Source of the DNA: Asterias rubens | Lineage: Eukaryota | DNA: 64,000 nt | Assembly (NCBI RefSeq): GCF_902459465.1 | Contig: NC_047067.1 | Location: 16,554,001-16,618,000 of the forward strand | Reading direction: 5' to 3' | In this document: one piece after another, positions 12,326 through 24,199 of the stretch | How the letters are laid out: each line of letters starts with the position of its first letter | Numbering within the stretch: position 1 is the stretch's first letter | Notes under the pieces: generated by a model | Databases searched by the model: none | The model's input: the letters and a program-made list of their open reading frames with translations, nothing else | Told to the model about the DNA's origin: nothing | Translations under genes and position numbers: made by a program

Positions 12326-13540
12326 ACTTACTTGGACTTAGGGGTTCCTGCGTCGTCCGACGCATGAGGCAGTCAACGTCTCCAGGCAGATCGGTCAGCA
12401 GTCAGTGACCTGACATCACTCCAGCCTCTATTGACCATATGAAGGTCCCGCTGGATGGTCTGGTGCCAGTTCATTTTAGGTCAGCCTCTCCTCCTCCTTC
12501 CCAGCGGGTTCCACCACAGGACTTGAGGGGGAGCCGCGAACAATGGCCCAGCCAGTTCATGCGCCGCCCACAGATTGTACTGGACACTGGAGTTAGTTGT
12601 GATCGTTTTCTGACCTCCTCATTGCGGACGAAGTCATTCCACTTAATGCTCAAGATCTTCCTTAGGCATCTTGAGTCGAAGGCATCAAGTTTTTTCTCCT
12701 GACTTGATTTTAAGTGCCAAGTTTCGCAGCCATAGAGTAAAGTAGAAAGCACATTGGAATTGTAGAAACGAAGCTTGGTTTGAAGAGAGAACTTTTGCTT
12801 GTCCAGATCTTATTAAGCTGGTTGAAGGCTGCAGAGGCTTTACCTATTCTGCAGCTGATTTCATGGCCCATTGATCCCTGGCTGTTGATGTAACTTGGCA
12901 GATAGGTAAAATCATCCACTAGATCAACTTTATCTTGCCCAATGAGAATGTCAGGTGTTGTCTGGTGATCACCTGAAAGCATGATTTTTGTTTTCTTTCT
13001 GCTGATCATAAGACCCAGTCGAGCTGAGGCATCACTGATGGAGTCCATTACAGGCTGGAGACCCTGGGTACTGTCAGACAATGCTGCGATATAATCAGCA
13101 AAATCAAGGTGGAACAGTTGAACCAATAAGTTGAACCTGGTGTGGGCTCTGCCAGAGCATCAAAGCAATTCTGTATGTATATTTCGAAACCTCTCCTGGA
13201 TTTGGTTTTTTTTAAGTTTGGTTATGTCAAACTTCTTTGGTGGAGTTGTTGTCCTTTTCTGATTCCTTTTCAGCTTGATCTTAAGTGTTCAATGGCCAGG
13301 TGGTGATCACTTCAGATGTCAGCTCCTCAAATGAGCTGTTCTGTAGCCGCCACTGTTTATTTTCTCTACCAGTGTTTGCTTATTTTTATCCGTTTAATAT
13401 TTGCTGAGTTTTTGGCATCGTCTTTATATTTATTGTTGACGTGTTTGGTAAGCTTTCTGTGCTTTTGTGTGATATATTTTGGTGCTTTATCCGATTAGTA
13501 TTGCTTGTTATTTTGATGTTTTTGATGTGGTTTTTATCTC
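12324..13540 (-). mobile_element. RTE-clade LINE 3' fragment
   Basis: DFADYIAALS, ISRKKTKIM, FTYLPS, LLYGCETW, DAFDSRCLRKIL; CTAAGTCCAAGTAAGTAA tail. Confidence 0.85.
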
Positions 13541-13559
13541 CGGTCGAGTTCACTATTTA

Positions 13560-14197
13560 ACGTGTGTTCATCATGGTTGTTGCCTTTAGTGCCCGTGCTC
13601 GTCTGTTGGTGTTTTTACATCTGATTTTTATCATACATAAATCACAACGGGTTCAAATCTTTCCTCATGCTGAAACTGTCAGAAATGAGTATTTTGTGTC
13701 TTCAGACCAGTACATGTGTCTGACTAATTTTGTTGTGCCATTTTCACCCTGTCATGGGTTAACATTACAGCTGTGCCGTACTGGATTTAATTTCTCCAAA
13801 GTTCAATTGGTCAAATGGTCCAAACATGGCCAAACTACTCTAGTTATTCCTGGTCATGACCCTCCACATGACATAACAATATTTATGGATATTTCTGTTA
13901 ACCCAGGCCCTCGTATTGGGTCCCTTAGTAATGAGGAGTTGCATTTTATACATACAGATAGTTCGCATTCTATCATGTCTAGTAATTCAAGTATAATGTA
14001 TTCCCGTGGTCAGCTTTTTAACATCCGTAAGACTTCTTGTCACTCTACTCAGTCTGGATTGCTTTCTATTTCAAAAGCGAATGAAATTCTTCGGTTCAGG
14101 GGTAATAGAGCGGGTCATTGTAACTTTTAAGTATAAAGTTCCTGTTCAAATTGGTCACCGGCTTGATTATGTTCATAATAGGGTAGCTTTGAAAGAC
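13560..14197 (+). mobile_element. 5' part of an L2/CR1-group LINE with 2A-like NPGP motif
   Basis: PGHDPPHDITIFMDISVNPGP then YSRGQLFNIR, a leader typical of L2/CR1 ORF2. Confidence 0.6.
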
Positions 14198-15560
14198 CGA
14201 CATGCCTGCCACGGAGTCGTCCTCTTTTCTCTTAGCCGCGAGTGGGTGAGGTTGTGTATAAATCTGTTCCCACAGTTCACCGTTTTCTACGTTAAAATAG
14301 AGACGCCTTATCCTCGCTAAGAGTGCTTATAAAGACTAGAAAGATTGTAGAGTTATAGTTGAAATAAACTATAGTTTGATTTCATTGATAAATAATGGGT
14401 AACGTAAAAAAACTGGGGAGGGCTTCGGCTGTCAGCACTGGGGTTACGTCCGTTTCCCCGGGACAGTGTTAGCTCTCGGGGGGCTGCGCCGGCGACACTC
14501 CTGCCCGGCTTGCAGTCCTCCAGCCGGCCTACGCAGCCTCTGTCGGCTGCGTCGGCCGGGGTACCCACCGATCAGAGAGGGGTTGCTTCCCGCTCCCCCT
14601 CCTCGGTCAGTGTGCGTGGGTCGACCCTGTCGAAGGTCAAACGCCCCGGCAAGGCCAAGAAAACCAGTGCCGGGGCAGCGACCAAGAGAGGCAGGGCAAA
14701 AGGTGGCTCCGTTCCGGAGCGCACCATCCCCCTCTCCCAGCACCGCCTCGGGGTCTCTGAAGCCGGAGGGCATCCCCCCTCCGCACGGCTCAGAATACCC
14801 GGCCCGCACCGACCCCGTGGATTCCCCCACGACGGTTGGTGACAGCCTTTTGCGAGGTTTTCCAACCAACAAGGCACCCGCCCACGCCATAGGCTGTGGG
14901 GCGCTGGCCATGGGAAGAAGGATTATGGGTGCTGAGTCGGGTACCTGGGACTCCCCCGGGATACCCCACTCACAGGGCCCGCCCTCGTCCTCGTGTTTCA
15001 CCCTTTGTTCGGGCATCCCTGTCACTCATGTTTTCTCGGAGAGGGCCTCGGATTCGTCTTGGAGCGGGTACCGAAAAAGAGGCAGAAGACCAGAAAGGAC
15101 CGTCATCTGCGGTCGTCTGACTACTCTTCGCCTGATGCCCATAGGAAACGGCATCAGGGTAGCGAACCGCTATCCCAAGACGAATTCCTGACGGCTTTCC
15201 AGACCTTAGCGGCCTCGATATCCGGTTGGCGCGAGGTCCAGGAATTTTCCCAGTTTTCAGGGCCGTACACCCATCCCCAACCAGTCCGGTCATAGCTGGG
15301 TGCGCCAGGATCGAGGTGGCCTGCCGTGCACCGGCCTCCCCTCCCAGCCACGGTCACCACACAGGGGAGGTTGCATGGGGTGTGGTGGAACAGGGTGGTG
15401 TGCGGTCACGCACGGGTGCACATTCACAATCCCAGACGGGGATCAGCATACACCCTTCGGGGTCCTTTGTATCCGATCGGGATGCAGAGCACCATTATTA
15501 GTTAGGCACAGCCCTACCTTTGGGTGAACAATCACTGAGTGTATCCGACCCCCCCCCCCC

Positions 15561-16590
15561 GTGTCCGGCGACTCGTCCCTGGAAGAGGATGAGTTGGCCA
15601 CAGCGGTTCAACGGCTCTCAATTGCCGAAACTGAATTGCGCCTTGTCCAAAGCGACATGGCCCGGGTGTTGGATCTCCCCGCCGAGAAAGCGGAGGACGG
15701 CCCCGCTGAACGGCGGTCTTTTAAGAGGAGGACTGGCCCCGCTCCGAGGAGCGGGAATATTTTCCCGGCTATGCCACTTGACCGTGTATGCGCTGACCGC
15801 ATCGAGGGCATTATGTTGGCATCCTCTTGGACGGCCTACCCCAAGCTGGCGGATTTATATTACCGATTTCCCCCGCGGGGATTTCGATAAATATAATTTG
15901 ACCCCGGTCCTGCCGGACTCTGTGGCAGACAAGCTGACCGCAGACAGGGGATCAACCTCCTCCAAACTTCCCTTCGCCGACAAAGTGCGGGGGAAAATGG
16001 AGGAAGTAATCAGGAAGATGGACTCAGCGTCTCGCTTCGGCATGCGCACATCGTCCTTTTTGCTTCTCTTGTCCAAGTACCTCACGCTTGCCGGCAATGA
16101 GGACTCGGCGATCCCAGCGGACATGATGGTGGCGGCCCTCCATTGCCTGGATAATGGGCTGCGCACTGTCCTAGATCAATTTACGAGGGTCTCCACCCTA
16201 GCGACATCTGCCCGTAGAGCAAACGTCCTTGATGCATTGTTCCTCCCGTCCGTCGGGGCTTGCAAGCGACTTGATGCGCTCCCCCTAACGGGACAAGACC
16301 GGTTTGCAGGGCAATTCCAGGAGTCTATGGAGGTCGAGGCCAGGCGCCTCAAGGCCACAGATAAGATCAACTTAAAGAAGCCACAGACCTCCGTACCGGC
16401 GGCAAGAAAAGGCAAGCAAGCTTCCTTTGTGATTCCACGTCGGCGCCCACAGAGACCCGCCCGTGGTGGTTTTCGTGGGAACCAAGGACCAACGAACGCA
16501 CGCACGCCGGCCCAAGGCCAGCAGCGGGCCCAGTCGTGCCGTGGTTTTCGTGCGTCCGCCCCCCAGTATCCCGGGGCGTGGCGGAAGTGA
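15561..16590 (+). pseudogene. DIRS ORF1 gag-like / LAP2alpha-like region (frameshifted)
   Basis: ORFs 15561-15890 and 15520-16590 join by a frameshift; position upstream of RT; ARRANVLDALFLP..KRLDALPLTG.D.FAG. Confidence 0.75.
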
Positions 16591-18083
16591 CTTCCCTTTT
16601 CTCCAGGCGACCTCCCACCGACGGACCCGTGGGAGGCTGCGGTCAGGAATTGTTTGGGTCCTCAGCTCAGAGCACGTCCAACAGGTGGGTCCTCGAGACG
16701 ATCGAGTGCGCCTACGCACTCGAGTTCAGGAGGACCCCCCCGTCGGACATGCTGATGCGGCCAACGCCCACCCCGTCCGACCCTCTCAAGCGCCATGCCC
16801 TCGAAGGGGAGATCAGTTCCCTTCTCCTCAAACGGGCGGTACGTGTTGTCCCCGACCAGGGGACACGGACGGGCTTCATGTCCACTTTCTTCTTAGATCC
16901 CAGGAAGGAGGCGGACACTTGGCGGCCGATCCTGAATTTAAAGCCCCTAAACCGATTTATCTGCCCAAAGCGCTTCCGTATGGAAACACTGCGGGCAATC
17001 CTCGAATCAATTCATACACGTGCGTGGGGGCGAGCTTGGACCTTCGGGACGCTTACCTACACGTTCCCATCAGGGCCGAACACCGCAAATTTCTGCGCTT
17101 CCTCTACAACGGAACGCTATACGAATTTGTGGTGCTCCCCTTTGGGCTGTCCACCTCCCTTCGGGTTTCGACCCGCGTGGTGCGGGCGATCGGGGCAGCA
17201 CTTCGGAGGCGAGGACTGCTGATTTTCCAATACCTCGACGATTACTTGGCGCCTCACGTCCAGCCTGGGGTTCCTGGTTAACACCGAGAAATCGCATCCG
17301 ATCCCCTCTCAGGTGCCCAGCTTTCTCGGTGCGGCTCTCGACCTTCAAAGGGGGCTGGCCCGCCCTTCGGCGGAATGGGTACAGAACCTACGTCAGTGCG
17401 TGGCCCTTTTCCTTCGGGCTACGGTGGCGCCGGCAGTAGCCTGGCTCAGATTACTAGGCCTTATGGCCAGCATGGTAGACCTGGTCGATTTTTGCAGGCT
17501 GAGGATGAGGCCTATCCAGCTCCATCTCCTCTCCTACTTCCGGCCCAGCCGTCATTCAGTCAACCTCCCGGTGCCTACCACGCCTTGGCTGACCCCCCAC
17601 CTTCAATGGTGGGTGGAGGACGCCAACCTCACACGTAGTCGAGTGTTCCGCCCGCCCCGACCGTCAGCCACCGTCGTCACCGACGTGTCTCTGTACGGTT
17701 GGGGGGCGACCCTCGACCCCCGCCAGATAGCGGGGGTGTGGGGCCCGGAACACCACTCTACCCACATCAACGTCTTGGAAATGCTGGCGGTCCGAAATGC
17801 CCTCCATCACTTCCGGGCACAGTTAGTGGGGCAGGCCGTCCTGGTGCGCTCCGACAACGCTACAGTGGTAGCGTCTATCAATCACCAGGGGGGCACCCGG
17901 TCGGCCCAGCTGTGTGCACTAGCCTGGGACCTACTCCACTGGTGCATGCAGCAGGGGATCGCCCTGTCGGCGGTGTACATCCCAGGGAAAGAGAATATCA
18001 TGGCCGACGCTCTTTCCCGGGGCTGGATCGTCCTGACAATTGGTCCCTCCGCCCCTGTGTGGCCCAGTCGCTCTTCCTGCTAA
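16536..18083 (+). pseudogene. DIRS reverse transcriptase + RNase H (frameshifted)
   Basis: WRPILNLKPLNRF, LDLRDAYLHVPI, LPFGLSTS, YLDD, TDVSLYGWGA, HINVLEM, SDNATVV, YIPGKENIMADALSR. Confidence 0.92.
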
Positions 18084-18109
18084 TCGACCGGCCTCATGTG
18101 GATTTGTTC

Positions 18110-18788
18110 GCCTGTCGGACGGGCGCTGTCACGAGATCCCTCAGAGCAGCAGGCCTTTCGAGACGGGCTGCGGAAGTTGCCACCCAGTCCCGGAGGGCCT
18201 CAACTACGCCATTTCTTTAAATGGTGTAGGTGGCGAGCTATTCATCCCGCCGATACTTCTATAGAGGAAATCGGGATTTCCTCCTATATTTTTTCGATAG
18301 CGGGCTGGCGACGGCCACGGTAAAGAATTACCGATCGGCCATTGCAGCGGTCCACGGGGGATTTGCTGACGGTTCGATGGTTTTGGATAACCGGGCGATC
18401 GGGCAACTGACTAAGGGGATGTTTGTCACCCGTCCCCCTGTGCGTTCCACCATTCCGACCAGCATCCCGCGATACAATCGCCCGTTGGATAGTTACAGCC
18501 ATTCGCTCGGTGCCGGGCGGATGGCCAGCGACCCATGGTCCGGTTCAGGCCCACGAGGTACGGGGAGTGTCGGCCTCATGGGCTTTCTTTAAAGGTGTCT
18601 CCATGAGTGACATAACAAGGGCGGCCTCCTGGAAGAGCCCGTCCATGTTCTCCGACTGCTACCTGAAGGACATTCTGCAGGTGGATGGGAGAGCGGGTAG
18701 AGCGGTGTTGCAGGCGGCCAGCCAAGCTGCGAAGCCAGAACAAGCTGCGAAGCCAGAACAAGCTCCACCTCGTCAGTCACGTGTTTAG
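18110..18788 (+). pseudogene. DIRS tyrosine recombinase remnants
   Basis: ATVKNYRSAIAAVH, AHEVRGVSASWA, SWKSPSMFSDCYL; the central part is deleted. Confidence 0.85.
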
Positions 18789-19364
18789 GTGAGTTTGTCC
18801 ACGGTATTACAGTGCTAACAATACTTATTAATGTTTTGTTCACCTGTGGGACGACACCCCCTGTTTTGGGCATGGACTATCGGGCCTAGCGGCCGCGAAG
18901 CGTTCTCTGAACTTTTTGAGCGCGCCGGGGTCCTACGCCCCCTTAAGACATGCAGTAGCACCGCGTATACCCACCGCCTTTCCTCGGTGCAAGTCTATGC
19001 AAATTAGTAATTCGACTCTACCGGTAAGTAGAGTGAAGTAGACTCGATCCCCCCCCCCCTCCCCCCCACAGAAGTGTGGATGGGGTCTACGAATGAATAC
19101 ATACCGGTAGAGTATCCCTCCCTCCTTTCCCACATACTCGGTCCTTGGGTGCTTACATTTAGTAGGGCTCATCGAAAAGAGGACGACTCCGTGGCAGGCA
19201 TGTCGCGGGGCGTTGTGGGTAGGACGGTGGAGGGCGCTATTGTGTGTGAAAGTCTTAGCATTATTGCCTCGCGGCATAGGGAATATGCAAATTAGTAATT
19301 CGACTCTACCGATAAGTATTCGTTCGTAGACCCCATTCACACTTCTGTGGGGGGGGGGGGGGGG

Positions 19365-19630
19365 ATTTTAACATCCATGTTGACATCTCTGATGATCCAA
19401 ACACTGTACGTTTTTTGTCACTTCTTGAGTCCATGGGTCTCCAGCAACATGTTGACAAACCTACTCATGAGATGGGTCACACACTTGATCTTGTTATTAC
19501 CAGGAAATCGGACATGGTTCTTAACAGCCCCCCGACACCCCACCGCCTTTTTTCTGATCATTTTTCTGTTATTTGCAACTTGCAACAAAACAAGTCTGCT
19601 TTTCCTGCTAAACAGATTACTCATAGGGAT
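19365..19630 (+). mobile_element. L2-clade endonuclease fragment
   Basis: (G)DFNIHVD...LESMGLQQHVDKPTHEMGHTLDLVITR...SDH. Confidence 0.85.
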
Positions 19631-19945
19631 GTGGCCCACGGTATTTAATAGGCCAAATAAAGGATAGAGGACACGGCTGTGTTGTTGTTCTTATTATCAC
19701 GATGTTTATTCTGTAAGTAGAAGACAAAGGAAAGGAAAGCTGTTTACGCGTCTTCTACAAGAATATGAATGACTTTTTAATTAATAAAGGCTAATGCATA
19801 TTTAGGATATATTTAGATTTAATAAACAAATCAATTAAATTAAAAGGTAAAGGTATTGCTTAAGGCAGAAAACAAATAAAACAAGATGGCGCCTGGTTCC
19901 CGCCAAAAGCTTGCTGGCGGCCGCCATCTTGAATTATGTGACTTA

Positions 19946-22900
19946 CAGGCATGAGAATCTTCCGGATTTTTCCGGATTTCCGGATTTTTCACTTCAAAAT
20001 ATGTGGTCTCCGAGTTCAATGTGAATTAGATATAAAATTTGGGGGGGTAGGTCCAGGTGGGTTAAGGTCAAATGTTGAAAAATATTGTGAAAATTTCCCG
20101 AGAAAATGCATATTTAATTCATTGATGCCGGATGAAAAGGAAGTGCGCTTTCTCGTTTCGTCCGTGTTTAATATGTGTACACAAAAAGACGTTGAAGTGT
20201 TTCTTATATTCGGATCCTCACTGTTTACGTCACCGAAATGCGCATGTATGGAGAATTTGTCAAGACGTAAAATACAATCTTTCATACACGCGGGGCACTG
20301 TGCAGTCAGCCAAATTCTCACTACATCCTGTAGACTGTGAAGAACAAGTCCTCTGTGTGTTTTATGTGTGTGGTTGGCGCGCGCGATGTGTATCACAATG
20401 CTAGTGTTGAACAAAATAACTAACTGCGACTTGTGCGAGTCTATTTGCTACACATGTTGTTGCACAACCAGCGGCATGCACATGGCAGACATTTTCCGCT
20501 GTCGCTGAGTCAAAATGGCACTCAGTGTAGCGTTTGTGCAACGTGATGCCGCTGTTGATGTCAAGGAAATTGACAAAACGATAAAGAATAAATGGAATTG
20601 GAGCTGGTGCGACAAAGTTTTGTTTCCTGGATCTCCTGACCAGCATTTAGTCGGCGATTGTTTTCGCAAGCTTAATCAAGCTGGCGATGCATTTTGTACA
20701 TGTTGCCAAGCCACGATCAGATATGGAAGCTCTGGCTGGACTGCGTTGCAGAAACACGCAACCAAGAGTGAGCACAAACGCCGGTTAAGAGAGAGGCGAA
20801 CCAACTATCGGTTATCAGTGGTAGAACACGGTAATTATGAGCTTTGTTTCTATTATTTTAATATTAGGTTGTGTCTTAATAATTTTATAGATTGTTTATC
20901 TGTGTTTTTTTTTTACTTGCTTGAGTGACGAACCTTGTTGTATTGTAATCATCGTATCCTCCACATGCACAATGTACGTTGTCACATACAACTCGAATTT
21001 CCGGGGTTGGAAAATGCACTTTGTGGAGTCTAATCTCAACCTCGTTCTAGTTATATTCAATGTTAAATTATAACCTCGTACTCATAAACACATCGCTCTC
21101 GCCGCATAATATTTTCCCAGTGTGCGCCGTCGTTGGTCATTAAATCACGAACATTTCATTGCAAAAGATGTGCTATACAACCGATCCTCAAATCGCAAAC
21201 ACATAAAAAATGATTGTTTATGAAAAAGTATTATTCAGGGCAGAAATTTGGGCCAAATAGTGAAAAAGCAAGTTGTTGTTTTTTTTCTATTTGCTGTCGT
21301 TTTGGGAACCTTACCTCTGTTTTATTTATTTAATCTGTTGTGAATATTAGTACGTTGCATACCAATATCTTTCGAGCCAGTGTTGTTTTAATTTTAATAT
21401 GTTAACAATGGTTTCAAATATACTTTTTCCACAGGTCAATCCTCCAGAAGCACCCCTCCATATGGTTTGAATCCTCTCCTTTTGCATCCTGGAGACATTG
21501 GAGTAGACACAAGAAATCCAACAGAGCCAGCAAAGCCTAGAGTTACCAGGGCCGACAGATTACAGGTGATTATTCATTTAGTTGTAATATGTATTGGTTA
21601 CATTGTGACATTTTGTTTATTCTAGCATTAGACTTTTAGGTTAAAAAACTTGTTGACATCATTTTGAATTTGTGTTTTCAATTATTAAAATGCACTGTGT
21701 TTTTCTTTTGTTTTTATTAAAAGGCAGTGATATTGGGTGTACTAGCTGAGCACAACCTCCCCTTCACTATGGCACCTGTCCTAATAGACACTGCTAAAGA
21801 GCTTGTGAAGGATAAGAAAGTCCTTGATGACCTCACCATGGACAGGACTACAGCTTCATACAAGATGCAGTACGGCTTAAAGAAAACTGTCATGGAGAAG
21901 ACACTTCATAATATCAAGAGCAGTTAATTCTCCCTGAACATAGATGAAGCCACAAGCAGCGGAAACAAGAAAGTGCTAGCCATACTCGTCAGCTACTACT
22001 CAGAAGAAGACAAATGTGTCATCGTAGAGCACCTCCAATCAGTGGAACTGGTTGTAGTTAATTCAGAGTCACTCTACAATGTGCTGGTACAAATTTTTCA
22101 CGACCATGAAATTCCATGGAAGAATCTTGTATCTCTTCTTATGGATTCCTGTGCAGTAATGCGTGGAAACAAGACAGGGTTAGAGAAGCGTATTCGGGAT
22201 AATAAGGCAATATTGTGGACATAGATGGAGACATATGTCAACACATCCACAACGCGACAAAGAAGTTCTGCAAGCCATTTGATAAGTTTGTGGAGCGGTT
22301 ATTCAGTGATCTGCATAATGATTTCAAATGGTCACCTAATTTGAAAGAGGCACTGAGGGAAATCTGTGAGATGATTGGATTATCATTTACGATGCCTGAC
22401 CAATTCATAGAGCACAGATGGTTATCATGCTATGATGTGGCTGTATCTACACTGCGATTGATCGATGCCTATCAACTGTTCTACTATGGCTTTCTTCCAC
22501 CTGCAAATAAGTTTGTCTATCAGGCAGTGGTCCTTCAACTTGTTCGCAAATATGGCTTGGACACAACAGAAAGAGACAGAATAAAAAGTATTCAGAGAAC
22601 ACTGTCGGCAAAGAATCTCACAGAGCAAGGCAGAGATAGGAAGAAGAGGATAGTTGAGAAGTTTTTTATTACTCTCACAAGACACAGCTGACCCTCCATC
22701 TCTACAAGTCTGTTTTACCACAACTCAAGTCGTATGTCTGCTTGTTCCAGACAAAAGTTCCACTAATCTTCAAGGCACATGATGAGCAGGAGAAGCTATT
22801 CAAGGGCTTCCTGTCTTGCTATATAAAGCAGGAATTCCTGTTGAACTTGAATGCGCATTCACTGAAGAAGTTCAAGCTTGATGATCCATCCAAGTATCTT

Positions 22901-24199
22901 TCCAGTAGAGATATTTTTGTTGGATCGGGTGTGGCAAAGATTGCCAAAGCGAGAGGCCCAACAGACCAAATTGTTCGGACATTCATGGAAGCCACATGTG
23001 ATGCCTACAAGGCATGTGGAATATATTTGCAACTCAAGTTGCCACTGGCCAACCCGTGTCTTCAGGCTGTATCAGCCATTGATCCTGCAGCCCGAGGCCA
23101 TAGCCTAACTTGTCGTCTTTTGAAGAAACTCAAGTCTGAAATTTCTGCATGCCTTTCAGAAGATGAGGAAGAGCAGTATGATCTACAGGTGCAGAACTTC
23201 CAGACTGATAGGATGCTGCCAGCGTATAATGATGGTGATAGAGCAGATGTGTGGTACGTTGATGCTTTCATGAAGTATCCAACCTTCGGGAAAGTTGTCA
23301 AGGCATGTTTGTCAATTTTCCACGGCCCACAGGTGGAAAGCAGCTTCAGTGTGATGGGGCATATCCTGGACCCTAAATCTTGCAGGATGAACATACCTAC
23401 CTTTTCCTCCATCCAAACTGACAAATACCATATGCTGGCTAGAAATAAGAATGCATTGACTGCATTTAAAACATCTCCCCATCTAACTCACAACATGCGT
23501 GGTGCAGCTGCTGCCTACAAGGCTGTGCTTGCAGCAAAAAAGAAAAAGAAAGTTGCGACTCATGCGGCAACAAAGGCTGCCTTCAAGAGACAGGCCGCTA
23601 TTGCTGATAGGGTTGGCAGGTTGGCCTTCGAGGCAAAGCAGAGAAGGATTGCCCGAAAGAAGGCTTTGGAAGCTCTTTCAAAGAACAAGGCACCAGGAAG
23701 GAGACCATAAATATTAAAAAATGAGTGTTTTTCTTTTTCTTTTGTTATTTTTTCCCAACTCTTTTCAAGATGTTTATTACCAATAGTGTAAATTGCTTGA
23801 AGTTACAAACTGTGGTGAATCAATATTAAATGTATGTGTCATTACTTGACTTTGAGTATTGGTAACCGTAATAAAAACAAAGCCCTTGTAAGAATTCAAA
23901 ATTGTTTGAACTTTTATTACATTTTTAAGGAACTGAAACATTGGACAGATAGTGATGTACTGCATTTTGTTTTACCATTCCAGATAAATTTAATGAATCA
24001 AAATGTCTCTTAAAGGGCCTAGAATGCACCAGAGAGCATCTACAACCTAAAAAAATTTCGGGGCCCTAAAGCGGGCCCCGGACCCCACGCCGTAAGGGCT
24101 TCGCACTATGCGCTCGCAGGCTTCGCCATCGCAATTTCGTCTCTTTTTTTTGACCAAATACTTTTCCTTCTTTTTTCTGAAACTCCATTCTCATGCCTG
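19946..24199 (+). mobile_element. hAT-like DNA transposon with 13-bp TIRs and a 6-bp TSD
   Basis: CAGGCATGAGAAT / ATTCTCATGCCTG; GACTTA at 19940-19945 and 24200-24205; hAT-type GGGCCCTAAAGCGGGCCCCGGACCCC subterminal motif. Confidence 0.9.
20515..23710 (+). pseudogene. Spliced hAT-like DDE transposase (exons 20515-20830, 21435-21565, 21724-23710), inactivated
   Basis: BED-like CxxC...H...H, LNIDE, LMDS, CQHIHN, HRWLS, VESSFS; GT-AG introns join in frame; premature stops at 21925-21927 and 22689-22691, frameshift near 22220. Confidence 0.85.

Larger units (their letters stand above)
14198..19364 (+). mobile_element. DIRS1-type retrotransposon, copy 2 (left outer end missing, internally deleted)
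   Basis: Inner left ITR 14198-14229 matches right ITR 19174-19203; ICR 18997-19113; gag, RT (YLDD), RNase H, truncated methylase start (VDLFA) and YR fragments. Confidence 0.92.

Noticed and set aside
14353-15501. Many overlapping GC-rich ORFs on both strands as separate genes
   Set aside because: Expected stop-poor frames in the GC-rich, frameshifted DIRS ORF1 region; no independent domains
20515-23710. Domesticated, functional transposase gene
   Set aside because: Premature stops and a frameshift; TIRs and TSD are intact, consistent with an ordinary decayed insertion
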